Part shown: one piece after another, positions 18,743 to 27,121 of the stretch
How the letters are laid out: the number at the start of each line of letters is the position of its first letter
How positions within the stretch are numbered: the stretch's first letter is position 1
DNA from: Armatimonadota bacterium
GTDB lineage: Bacteria; Sysuimicrobiota; Sysuimicrobiia; Sysuimicrobiales; Kaftiobacteriaceae
Length of the DNA stretch: 34,564 bases
Assembly: GCA_037440005.1 (NCBI GenBank)
Contig: JBBIUY010000032.1
Coordinates: 1-34,564 of the forward strand
Direction of reading: 5' to 3'
Notes under the pieces: generated by a model
The model's input: the letters and a program-made list of their open reading frames with translations, nothing else
Databases searched by the model: none
What the model was told of the DNA's origin: nothing
Made by a program: the position numbers and the translations under genes

Positions 18743-19165
18743 TCACAGGCGGACCGGCTGTCTGACCCGGGCGATGTCGGCGAGGGTCATCTCGGCCAGG
18801 ACCCCTTCTACGGCCCGGTTGATGGCCTGCCAGACCGGGCGCAGGCCGCACCCCGGCGCGTAGGCGCAGTCCGGGTCGCTGGTCTCCACGCACCACCAGG
18901 GCGCCGCCGTCCCCTCCAGGACGTCGAAGGCCTCACGGAGGCTGATGGCCTCCGGAGGCCGGGCCAGGACGTGGCCGCCGGTCGGGCCGCGTTTGCTGGT
19001 CACCAGCCCGGCCCGGCGGAGCACCGCCATCAGCTGGTTCAGGTAGGGTTCGGGCAGCCCCTGGCGGACGGCGATGTCGTGGGTCTGGACCGGGCCCTCG
19101 CCGTAGTGGCTGGCCAGGTCGATGAGCGCCCGCAGACCGTACTCGGCACGGGTGGAGACTCTCAT
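18743..19165 (-). CDS. Rrf2 family regulator with three Cys (IscR/CymR-like)
   Basis: MRVSTRAEYGLRAL, YLNQL, SKRGPTGG, C-x7-C-x5-C; ATGA overlap with mec. Confidence 0.9.
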   Translation of the reverse strand: MRVSTRAEYGLRALIDLASHYGEGPVQTHDIAVRQGLPEPYLNQLMAVLRRAGLVTSKRGPTGGHVLARPPEAISLREAFDVLEGTAAPWWCVETSDPDCAYAPGCGLRPVWQAINRAVEGVLAEMTLADIARVRQPVRL

Positions 19166-19569
19166 CGGATGATCACGCTCGCTTCCGCGATCTGTCCGTC
19201 GGCCAGCCGGAACGCCCGGATGACGGGAGCGGACCGGTCGGCCAGGGAGATGATCACGTACAGCGCGTCCGGGTAGTAGGCCCGAGCCACGTCGGTCCGG
19301 GACGGATACGCCGGGGTGTGGGTGTGCGAGTGATAGATCCCGACCAGGTCCAGCCCCGCCGCCTCCATCTCCTTGAAGGCCGCCAGCTGCTCGGAGGGAT
19401 CCATCAGGTAGGTGTATGGGCTGTGGTCGACGTTGGTCCCCCGGTAGATGCGCTCCACCCGGCCGTTGCGCCCGGCCAGCAGGCCGCAGCACTCGTTCGG
19501 GTATTCCTCCTCGGCGTGCCGGATCAGCTCCGCCGCCTGCTCCCGGGTCAGCTCCAGCACCGTCGTCAC
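19162..19569 (-). CDS. mec: JAMM/MPN+ metalloprotease (Mec, CysO-cysteine peptidase-like)
   Basis: PNECCGLL, IYHSHT..AYPSRTD; start uncertain (GTG 19569 or 19560), just downstream of TATAGT. Confidence 0.82.
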   Translation of the reverse strand: MTTVLELTREQAAELIRHAEEEYPNECCGLLAGRNGRVERIYRGTNVDHSPYTYLMDPSEQLAAFKEMEAAGLDLVGIYHSHTHTPAYPSRTDVARAYYPDALYVIISLADRSAPVIRAFRLADGQIAEASVIIR

Positions 19570-19656
19570 CCCCACTATATACCAGACCGGGGAGGTCCGG
19601 AACAAGGCGCGAGCGGGGTCCCCCCGCCCGACCGGACGCCCGGCGGGGGCCGGACC

Positions 19657-20154
19657 TCAGAAGACATAGGGGGCGGTGGCGGGGTGAGCTCGCAGGGCGT
19701 CCCACTCGGCGTCGGTCACCGGCTGCGGGGGGTCCCGGTCCGCGTCCACCGGGCACAGGAAGCCAAACGGCCCGTCGGACTCGTTGATCCAGCGGTGGGG
19801 CACCCCGGGAGGCACCCGCAGCAGGTCGAACGGCTGCAGGTCGTAGACCCGGTCCGCCACCAGGGCCCTCCCCCGGCCCCGCAGGACCAGGATCAGGTGC
19901 GGGTGGCGGTGCTTCTCCAGGCTGGAGTACCCGCCCGGGGAGATCTCGAAGTACCGCAGTTCGAACGCCGCCGGCACGTGCGGGGGTCCGGCGAGGGTGA
20001 CCCGCACCACCCCGCGCCAGCCCATCCCCCGGGCGTCGCCGACGGCGAATTTGTAGACCTGCGGCGGCACATCCGGCCACCGGAACGCCCGGGGGTCGAA
20101 CGCCAGGCGTCCGGCGGAGATCTCGGGGGCCTGCGGTCGGTCGGAGCCGTCCAC
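19657..20154 (-). CDS. Cupin, second methylsulfurylase-like paralog
   Basis: RWPDV..QVYK, ELRYFEISPGGYSSLEKHRHPH, PHRW, GFLCPVDADRDPP. Confidence 0.8.
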   Translation of the reverse strand: MDGSDRPQAPEISAGRLAFDPRAFRWPDVPPQVYKFAVGDARGMGWRGVVRVTLAGPPHVPAAFELRYFEISPGGYSSLEKHRHPHLILVLRGRGRALVADRVYDLQPFDLLRVPPGVPHRWINESDGPFGFLCPVDADRDPPQPVTDAEWDALRAHPATAPYVF

Positions 20155-20164
20155 CGCGTCCCCC

Positions 20165-21139
20165 TCACATGGCGTTGCCCGCCGCCCGCGCGTGCAGGTC
20201 GGAGATGTGCCGGGCGGCGGGCTCGGGGAACCCGCTGGCGACCAGGCGGCGCACGCGGTTGTCCTGCAACTCCCGCACGAACGCCCGCACCTCCTCCACC
20301 CCCCGCACGAACGCCGGGCCCTGGGAGGCGCCCCCGGCCAGGACCGCCAGCGCTTCCTGGATCTCGGCGGGAATCCCCGAGACCTCCCGGGCGAACGCCA
20401 CCCGCTCCTCCAGCGCCTGCACGAACCGGTCCACCGCCTGCGGGTCCCGGGCCAGGCGGGCCTGCACCCGGCCGGTGCCGTAGGCCACGTGGCGCGCTTC
20501 GTCCTCGTGGGAACGGACGAAGATGGCCCTGCTGGCCTCGTCGGGGGCGATGCGGCGCAAGAACGCGAACAGGTCCAGAAACGTCCCCTCGCCCAGCACG
20601 TGGAGCAGAAACGACGCCTTGTCGAACTCCTCCTGGTGGATCAGCCCCAGCAGGGACGCCTCGGTGGCCGGGTACGTGCCCACGTAGCCGACGCCGTTGC
20701 TGAACAGGCGCTTGATGAACACCTCCACGTGGCGGGCCTCGTCCACCACCTGGGTGGACAGGAACAGGGCCGGCTCCAGGTAGGCCGGGTGGATGCGGGG
20801 CACGAACTTGGCCGGGACGTACCAGGCCGCCATCTCCTGCTGGACCATCCAGGTCAGCACCGCGCACAGGGCGCGCTCCAGCGGCTCGGGGACGCCCCGG
20901 GCGGCCTGCCAGGGGATGTCCCGATCGGCGTCCCACTGGCGTTGCTTGGCCTGCACGTACAGGGCCTCCACCCCCTCGGCCCACACCTGACCGCGCTCCA
21001 GCACCTGGTAGTCCACCGGCCACCCTCCGCCCTGGGGAGGGTACAGCCCCCGGGGGGCCAGGCCGCGCGGGGCCACCTGGTCCGGGGGCGGGCCCAGCAG
21101 ATTCGTCAGCTGTCCGGGTCCGGCAGCAGGGTCACCCAT
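20165..21139 (-). CDS. Ferritin-like (diiron-carboxylate) protein of unknown function
   Basis: QE, DEARH, GEG and DEARH at diiron four-helix-bundle spacing; GGAG RBS. Confidence 0.75.
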   Translation of the reverse strand: MGDPAAGPGQLTNLLGPPPDQVAPRGLAPRGLYPPQGGGWPVDYQVLERGQVWAEGVEALYVQAKQRQWDADRDIPWQAARGVPEPLERALCAVLTWMVQQEMAAWYVPAKFVPRIHPAYLEPALFLSTQVVDEARHVEVFIKRLFSNGVGYVGTYPATEASLLGLIHQEEFDKASFLLHVLGEGTFLDLFAFLRRIAPDEASRAIFVRSHEDEARHVAYGTGRVQARLARDPQAVDRFVQALEERVAFAREVSGIPAEIQEALAVLAGGASQGPAFVRGVEEVRAFVRELQDNRVRRLVASGFPEPAARHISDLHARAAGNAM

Positions 21140-21166
21140 GGACGTCTCCTCTCGCCCCGGGCGGTG

Positions 21167-21673
21167 TCATCGGGCGCCGACCAGGAAGTGCTCTCCGGGC
21201 GTCACTTCCTCCCACGACTCCAGCAGCCGGCTGGCCAGGTCGGTGGAGCAGCCGTGCACGCGGAGGGTGTGGCCGACCTTGGCCAGCTCGTAGCGGATGA
21301 CCGCGTTCAGCGGGCAGGACAAAAACGGGTCGGGGTACCGCCGGGCCAGGGCGGCGTACGCCTCGGTGCCCAGCAGGTCCCGCCAGACGCCGTGGGTGCC
21401 CCGGTCGGGGGTGGGCTCGGCCTTCTCCAGTCGGGCGAAGTCCAGCCGCTCCAGGAACATGGTCAGGATGTTCCGGACGGTGTCCTCGGGGGCCGGCCCG
21501 ACCTCGTAGCCGATGCCCCGGCTGCGCAGGTACTCGGCCAGGTGGCGGCCGAACTCCCTGTGCAGCTCCTCGGCCAGCCGGGCCCCCACGCCGGACGCCG
21601 CCAGGTCGCCCAGCACGGCGCCCAGCGCGTACAGGACCGCGTCGTAGGTGATCTGCCGTCCATCCTGCGCCAT
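21167..21673 (-). CDS. Hypothetical protein, possibly a V4R/H-NOX-like ligand-binding fold
   Basis: GAGGAGG RBS, operon position, normal codon bias; helical N-terminus and SCP motif; fold is a guess. Confidence 0.65.
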   Translation of the reverse strand: MAQDGRQITYDAVLYALGAVLGDLAASGVGARLAEELHREFGRHLAEYLRSRGIGYEVGPAPEDTVRNILTMFLERLDFARLEKAEPTPDRGTHGVWRDLLGTEAYAALARRYPDPFLSCPLNAVIRYELAKVGHTLRVHGCSTDLASRLLESWEEVTPGEHFLVGAR

Positions 21674-21686
21674 GGCGTGTTCCTCC

Positions 21687-22529
21687 TCACCGCTCGATGG
21701 GCGCGGCCACCAGGCTGCCCCACTCGGTCCACGACCCGTCGTAGTTGCGCACCCGGGGGTAGCCCAGCAGGTAGCGCAGGGTGAACCAGGTCAGCGACGA
21801 CCGCTCGCCGATGCGGCAGTAGGCGATCACCTCCTGGTCGGGCCGGACGCCCAGGCTCTCATAGAGCCGAGCCAGTTCGTCGGCAGGCTTGAAGGTGCCA
21901 TCGTCGCGCACGTTCTGGCTCCAGGGGATGTTCACGGCGCCGGGGATGTGGCCGGGCCGCTGGGCGCCCTCCTGGGGGTAGGCCGGCGGGGCCAGCAGCC
22001 TCCCGGCGTACTCGTCGGGAGACCGCACGTCCACCAGGGCCACCTGGGGCTCGCCCAGGCGCCGGAGGATCTCGTCGCGGAACGCCCGGATGGACGGGTC
22101 GGGGACGGGCACCCGGTAGTCCGCGGGAGGGTGCCGGGGCGCCTCCCGGGTGACGGGGCGGCCTTCCCGCAGCCACCGGTCCCGGCCGCCGTTGAGGATG
22201 CGGCAGTCGCGGTGGCCGTAGTAGGTGAACAGCCAGAAGGTGTAGGTGGCGAACCAGTTGCTGCGGTCGCCGTAGAAGACCACCGTGTGGTCGTGGCCGA
22301 TGCCCCGCTCGCCCACGATCCGCGCGAACCGGTCCGGAGGCACCCAGTCCCGGATGACGGGGTCCTGCAGGTCCTCCTTCCAGTGCAGCCGGATGGCGCC
22401 GGGGATGTGACCTTCCTGGTAGAGGTCGGGGTTCTCGTCGGCCTCCACGATGCGGACCGACGGGTCGTCCAGGCGAGCCTGGAGCCACTCGGGCTCCACC
22501 AGCACCTCGGGATGCGCGTATCCGCTCAC
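21687..22529 (-). CDS. Tandem-domain rhodanese (thiosulfate sulfurtransferase, CysA/SseA-like)
   Basis: YAHPEVLV, GHIPGA twice, LVDVRSPDEY, YCRIGERSS, NYDGSWTEWG; GGAGGAGG RBS before GTG 22529. Confidence 0.92.
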   Translation of the reverse strand: MSGYAHPEVLVEPEWLQARLDDPSVRIVEADENPDLYQEGHIPGAIRLHWKEDLQDPVIRDWVPPDRFARIVGERGIGHDHTVVFYGDRSNWFATYTFWLFTYYGHRDCRILNGGRDRWLREGRPVTREAPRHPPADYRVPVPDPSIRAFRDEILRRLGEPQVALVDVRSPDEYAGRLLAPPAYPQEGAQRPGHIPGAVNIPWSQNVRDDGTFKPADELARLYESLGVRPDQEVIAYCRIGERSSLTWFTLRYLLGYPRVRNYDGSWTEWGSLVAAPIER

Positions 22530-22649
22530 AGCCGGTCCCTCCTCCGTATGGTGTGCCGGACTCAAGGTCCGGTCGGCGGAGGCGGCCGTCAGGCCGGAGA
22601 CAAGAAGGAGGGGAAGTCTACCGGGGACGCAGGCGGGCAGCGCCTCCGC

Positions 22650-22763
22650 CTACCTGGTGGGGTCCCCACAGGCCCGCCGGTGCGGACCCGTGGGGCGGGG
22701 ACAGATGCACCCCCGCGGGTAGCAGCGGGCCAGCTGTCTGTGGCGGAACGCTGCGTCGGTCAT
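22650..22763 (-). CDS. Putative 37 aa Cys-containing leader peptide
   Basis: Hand translation MTDAAFRHRQLARCYPRGCICPRPTGPHRRACGDPTR*; starts just downstream of a promoter. Confidence 0.45.
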   Translation of the reverse strand: MTDAAFRHRQLARCYPRGCICPRPTGPHRRACGDPTR

Positions 22764-22775
22764 CGGTTATCTAAC

Positions 22776-22804
22776 CTCATAACAGCAACGGGAATATGTG
22801 TCAA
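22776..22804 (-). promoter_or_regulatory. Sigma70-type promoter for the leader and sulfurtransferase operon
   Basis: TTGACA-N17-TATGAG with a TGn extension. Confidence 0.6.
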
Positions 22805-23133
22805 GTCTGCCCGGTCTGACTGCGTTGAAGGTTGGAGGTTGGATCCCCCTCACCCTAGCCCTCTCCCCCTGCCGGGGGAGAGGGGTACGCCGGCTTCAGT
22901 GGGGGCCGCGGTGTAGACCCGATGACCCAACGACCGGGGGGACCGGGGAGACTCATAATCGGGTCTGCCCGGTCGCCCGGTTTGACTGCGTTGAAGGTTG
23001 GAGGTTGAAGGTTGAAGGTAACTTCCACATCCGCGCGGTCGGGCGGTCGCGCCGTCGGGCGGTCAGGGGTCGCGTTCCCGCGTTCCCGCGATCCCGCGAT
23101 CCCGTCCTGTGTAGACGTGATGACCGGGAGACC
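22804..23133 (+). repeat. Composite repeat, one BoxC-like unit
   Basis: Unit at ~22845 plus 7-, 8- and 9-mer modules. Confidence 0.88.
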
Positions 23134-23138
23134 CGGAT

Positions 23139-24053
23139 TTAGGTCCGCCACAGCGCGGTGGACAGATAGCGGTCGCCGCCGTCGGGGGCCACGGCCACGA
23201 CCACCCCCTGCCGCAGGTCCCGGGCCACCTCCAGGGCGGCCACCACGGCGGCGCCGGACGACTGGCCCACCAGCAGACCCTCCTCCCGCGCCAGGCGGCG
23301 GGCCATCTCGTAGGCCGCCTCGGTGCGCACGGAGATCTTGCGGTCGTGGACCGCGGGGTCGTAGATGCCCGGCACGATGGCGCTGGCCATGTGCTTGAGG
23401 CCTTCGATCCCGTGCAGGGGACCGTCGGGCTCCACGGCCACCACCTGCACGTCCGGGCGCAGTTCGCGCAGGCGGCGGCCGGCCCCCATCACGGTGCCCG
23501 AGGTCCCCAGCCCCGCGACAAAGTGGGTGATCCGGCCGCCGGTCTGGGCGAACACCTCGGGGCCGGTGGTCTCGTAGTGGGCCCGGGGGTTGCTGGGGTT
23601 GTTGTACTGGTCCCCATAGAAATAGCGGTCCCGGTCCGCCTCGTAGATCCGGCGGGCCACCAGGATCGCGCCGTCGGAGCCCTCCAGGGGGTCCGAGTAC
23701 TCTACCTGCGCGCCGTAGGCGTGCAGGATCCGCTTGCGCTCCTCGCTCACGTTGCCCGGGACCACCAGGTGCACCCCGTACCCCCGGGCGGCGCCGATCA
23801 TGGCGTAGGCGATGCCGGCATTCCCCGACGACGAGTCCAGGATGATCCGGTCGGGGGTGAGGCGGCCGTCCCGCTCGGCGTCCAGGATGATCTGGCGCAC
23901 GGGGCGGTCCTTGACCGACCCGCCGGGGTTGAACCACTCGGCCTTGAGGTAGACCTCCACGTCTTCCGGCAGGTCGCGGGTCACCCGGACCAGCCGCAGC
24001 AGAGGCGTGTGGCCGATCGCGTCCAGCAGCGAGGTGCGGGCGGGCGCGGTCAC
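23139..24053 (-). CDS. cysM: PLP-dependent cysteine synthase, CysM type
   Basis: NPGGSVKDR, SSGNAG, DQYNNPSN, GLGTSGT, IEGLKHM; short C-terminus. Confidence 0.82.
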   Translation of the reverse strand: MTAPARTSLLDAIGHTPLLRLVRVTRDLPEDVEVYLKAEWFNPGGSVKDRPVRQIILDAERDGRLTPDRIILDSSSGNAGIAYAMIGAARGYGVHLVVPGNVSEERKRILHAYGAQVEYSDPLEGSDGAILVARRIYEADRDRYFYGDQYNNPSNPRAHYETTGPEVFAQTGGRITHFVAGLGTSGTVMGAGRRLRELRPDVQVVAVEPDGPLHGIEGLKHMASAIVPGIYDPAVHDRKISVRTEAAYEMARRLAREEGLLVGQSSGAAVVAALEVARDLRQGVVVAVAPDGGDRYLSTALWRT

Positions 24054-24066
24054 GGCGGCAGGACGC

Positions 24067-24921
24067 CTACTCGTCCAGCAGGAAGACCGGCTCGGGATAG
24101 TAGCGCACCCGGTGCTCCAGCAGCCGGCGGTGCAGCTCGCCGGCGAGCCACCGGTTGGCGGCCTCCAGGTCCGGACTGTCGGTCAGGACAGACAGGGGGA
24201 GGTTGAGGCGCAGGGCCCGGCCGGGGATCAGGTGGCGGGTGATGCCGGTGGGCAACTTGACCGGCGCGTCGGCGATCTGCAGGATGTCGTCCTTGGTGAA
24301 CCGGGGAAAGACCACCACAGCCCCCGCCGCCCCGTACTCCCGCTCCAGCAGGTCCAGGTCGGGGTGGGCCACGCGGTAGATCCGGTTGGCCCCGCTGTAA
24401 GCGCGCACCACCTCCGCCAGCAGGGAGGCCAGCAGCCGGTCGGGGGAGACCGCCACCGCGTAGGCCCCGGCGCGGGTCAGCACGCAGCAGGCGGCCAAGC
24501 GGTTCTGCAGCCAGCGGTCGACGTCCTCCGCCGGCACGGGACGCAGGGGCAGGCCCCGGCCCTGCAAGAGCGCGGGCAGGTCGTGCGCCTCCACCAGCAG
24601 GTGGTGCCAGACCTCCAGGCGGACCCCGGGGTCCTGGTAGTCCACCACCTGCAGCGCCACCGCCGGCACACCCAGTTCCTGCAGCGCGCGGGTGCGGTTG
24701 GCGCCGTCCAGGACGACGAAGCCGTCGGACGGCAGGGGTGCGGCCACCGGTGGATTGCGCAGCACACCGTCGGAGCGCAGCCGCTCGACCAGGCGGGCCA
24801 CCCGGGCGGGGTCGCACTCCTCGTGCAGGTGCACCTGCCCTGCCGCCACGATCCGCAGGTCCGGCAGGGCGGTGCCGGCCGGCAGGCGGACGGCGGGGCG
24901 GGCGCGGGTCGGGTCAGCCAT
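24067..24921 (-). CDS. ParB/Srx-fold protein, SerK/SbnI-like L-serine kinase
   Basis: LHE...RV..L...L..DG.LRNP, VVLDGANR..AL..LG, C-terminal LP.GITRH; 13 nt upstream of cysM. Confidence 0.7.
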   Translation of the reverse strand: MADPTRARPAVRLPAGTALPDLRIVAAGQVHLHEECDPARVARLVERLRSDGVLRNPPVAAPLPSDGFVVLDGANRTRALQELGVPAVALQVVDYQDPGVRLEVWHHLLVEAHDLPALLQGRGLPLRPVPAEDVDRWLQNRLAACCVLTRAGAYAVAVSPDRLLASLLAEVVRAYSGANRIYRVAHPDLDLLEREYGAAGAVVVFPRFTKDDILQIADAPVKLPTGITRHLIPGRALRLNLPLSVLTDSPDLEAANRWLAGELHRRLLEHRVRYYPEPVFLLDE

Positions 24922-24952
24922 CGGCGGTCACGGCATTAGTCTATACAAGAAA

Positions 24953-25302
24953 CGGTCGACCCGGTCTACCCGGTCTAACTACGTTGAAGGTTGAAGGTTG
25001 GAGGTTGGAGCCCCCTCACCCTGGCCCTCTCCCCCTGCCGGGGGAGAGGGTGAGTCTACCCGGTCGACCCGGTCTACCCGGTCTAACTACGTTGAAGGTT
25101 GAAGGTTGGAGGTTGGATCCCCCTCACCCTGGCCCTCTCCCCCTGCCGGGGGAGAGGGAAGTTATTTTGGGTGGCGCGTTTCCGCGCTTCCGCGTGTCCG
25201 CCTTCGGCTGCGTTGAAGGTTGGAGGTTGAAGGTTGGAGCCCCCTCACCTGGCCCTCTCCCCCAGGGGGAGAGGGTGAGGGTGAGGGGGCAGGGGGAGAG
25301 GG
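24953..25302 (+). repeat. Composite repeat, three BoxC-like units; the last is fully palindromic and abuts the CBS stop
   Basis: Units at ~25011, 25119 and 25240; 24953-25050 duplicated at ~25061-25158. Confidence 0.9.
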
Positions 25303-26730
25303 TCAGGGGCGGCGGGCGAGGTGGTCGATGACGTCGATCTTGGTGACGATCCCCACCACCGTCCCGCGGTCCACCACCACGGCCGCGCCCGCCGACAGGA
25401 AGATGTCGGCCAGGGCGTCGACAGGCGTGTCCGGCGACACCACCGGCGGAGCAGGGTCGATGATGGGCTGGATGGGATCGTCGGGGCGGTGGGCGGGGTC
25501 CAGCAGGTAGCGGAGCACGTCCACCTCGCTGACCATGCCCACCAGCCGTCCGTCCTCCAGCACCGGCAGCTGGGAGACGTCGTACTGCTTCATCTTGGCG
25601 ATCACGTCGCTGACGGGGTCGGTGCGGGCGGCGGTGACCAGCGGCAGGTTGCGGACCCGCACCAGGTCGGCCACCGTGCCCCGCTCCACGTCCAGAAAGC
25701 CGTGCTCGCGCATCCAGTCGTCGGAGAAGATCTTGGAGAGGTAGCGGGAGCCCGAGTCGGGCAGGATCACCACCACCCGCAGGCCCGCTCCGGCGTCGGG
25801 CAGCCCGCGCAGGTATTTCAGCGCCCCGGCCACCGCGGCGCCGCTGCTGCCCCCGCAGAACAACCCCTCCTCCCGCACCAGGCGCCGGGTCATCAGGAAG
25901 GCCTCCCGGTCGGAGACCTGCACCACCTCGTCCACCACCGAAAAGTCCATGGTCTGGGGCAGGAAGTCCTCGCCGATCCCCTCCACCTTGTAGGTGCGGG
26001 GCTCGGGCAGGCGGCCCGTGCGGGCGTAGTCGTAGTACACCGAGCCCACCGGGTCCACCCCCACCACCCGCAGCCGGGGGTTGTGCTCTTTGAGGAACTT
26101 GCCCGCTCCCGAGATGGTGCCTCCGGTGCCCATGCCGGCCACCAGGACGTCCACCCGGCCGCCGGTCTGCCGCCAGATCTCGGGACCGGTGGTCTCGTAG
26201 TGGGCCCGGGGATTGGCCGGGTTGGCGTACTGGTTGGCGTAGAAGCTGTTGGGGGTCTCCTCGGCGATGCGGCGGCTGACGCTGTAGTACGACCGCGGGT
26301 CGTCGGGAGGCACGGCGGTGGGGGTGATCACCACCCGGGCGCCGAACGCCCGCAGCAGCCGGATCTTCTCCTCGGACATCTTGTCGGGCATCACGAACAC
26401 TGTCCGGTAGCCGCGGACGGCGGCGGCGATGGCCAGCCCCACGCCGGTGTTGCCCGAGGTGGCCTCCACGATGGTCCCCCCGGGCCGCAGCAGCCCCCGG
26501 CGTTCGGCGTCGGCGATCATGGCCGGTCCGATGCGGTCTTTGACCGACCCGCCGGGGTTGAGGAACTCCAGCTTGGCCACCACCTCGGCCCGCACGCCCC
26601 GGGTCACCCGGTGCAGGCGCACCAGGGGAGTGCGGCCGATGACGTCCAGGACGGTGTCGTAGATCTCCTCGTGGGGGCGGACCGCCCGGCGGCGCAGGCG
26701 ACGCGCTGCGGGAGCGGCTTTGCGGGACAC
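25303..26730 (-). CDS. cbs: Cystathionine beta-synthase with a C-terminal CBS pair
   Basis: NPGGSVKDRIG, TSGNTG, PDKMSEEK, GMGTGGT, YKVEGIGEDF, YLSKIFSDDWM, CBS domains; AAAGGAGG RBS. Confidence 0.9.
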   Translation of the reverse strand: MSRKAAPAARRLRRRAVRPHEEIYDTVLDVIGRTPLVRLHRVTRGVRAEVVAKLEFLNPGGSVKDRIGPAMIADAERRGLLRPGGTIVEATSGNTGVGLAIAAAVRGYRTVFVMPDKMSEEKIRLLRAFGARVVITPTAVPPDDPRSYYSVSRRIAEETPNSFYANQYANPANPRAHYETTGPEIWRQTGGRVDVLVAGMGTGGTISGAGKFLKEHNPRLRVVGVDPVGSVYYDYARTGRLPEPRTYKVEGIGEDFLPQTMDFSVVDEVVQVSDREAFLMTRRLVREEGLFCGGSSGAAVAGALKYLRGLPDAGAGLRVVVILPDSGSRYLSKIFSDDWMREHGFLDVERGTVADLVRVRNLPLVTAARTDPVSDVIAKMKQYDVSQLPVLEDGRLVGMVSEVDVLRYLLDPAHRPDDPIQPIIDPAPPVVSPDTPVDALADIFLSAGAAVVVDRGTVVGIVTKIDVIDHLARRP

Positions 26731-26747
26731 GGACCGGCCTCCTTTCC

Positions 26748-26779
26748 GGAGATCAGGGATCAGGCATCAGGGATCAGGG
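26748..26779 (+). repeat. GGGATCA heptamer run overlapping the 3' end of the sulfur-carrier gene
   Basis: GAGATCA GGGATCA GGCATCA GGGATCA GG. Confidence 0.8.
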
Positions 26780-27056
26780 CCCGGGCGCCGCCAGCCATGG
26801 CCGGGATGATGGACACCTCGTCGGCGTCCTGGAGCGGCGTGGCCAGGCCCTGCAGCTGGCGGATCTCGGTGCCGTTCACAAAGACGTTGATGAAGGTGCG
26901 CACCTGACCGCCCTCGTCGAACAGCTGCGGGCGGATGCCGGGGTACTGGCGGTCCAGGGCCTCCAGGACCTCGCCCACGGTGCTCCCGGACACGCGCACC
27001 GTGCTGTGGCCGCCGGTGATCCGGCGCAACGGCGTGGGAACGTACACGATGGGCAC
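26760..27056 (-). CDS. Ubiquitin-like sulfur carrier (CysO/MoaD/SAMP family) with a C-terminal extension
   Basis: VPTPLRR.TGG, FINVFVNG, VSIIPAMAGG followed by ARALIPDA. Confidence 0.88.
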   Translation of the reverse strand: MPIVYVPTPLRRITGGHSTVRVSGSTVGEVLEALDRQYPGIRPQLFDEGGQVRTFINVFVNGTEIRQLQGLATPLQDADEVSIIPAMAGGARALIPDA

Positions 27057-27121
27057 CGACGATCTCCCCTCCCGACGGATCCGTCTCTATGGTCTGCCGG
27101 CCGCGGCGCCGCAGGAATGGC

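Noticed and set aside
22560..22790. SAM-I riboswitch or T-box upstream of the sulfurtransferase
   Set aside because: I could not find the SAM-I core (ATC.AGAG...GCAACC...GTGC) or the T-box GGTGG.ACC motif; an Rfam scan would settle it
24067..24921. Partition protein ParB or a mobile element
   Set aside because: No HTH, no parA and no mobility genes; motifs and context fit SerK/SbnI better
13473..27056. E1 + JAB + ubiquitin-like protein as an anti-phage or CBASS-type conjugation system
   Set aside because: No E2 or CD-NTase; the E1 is rhodanese-fused and the context is cysteine biosynthesis
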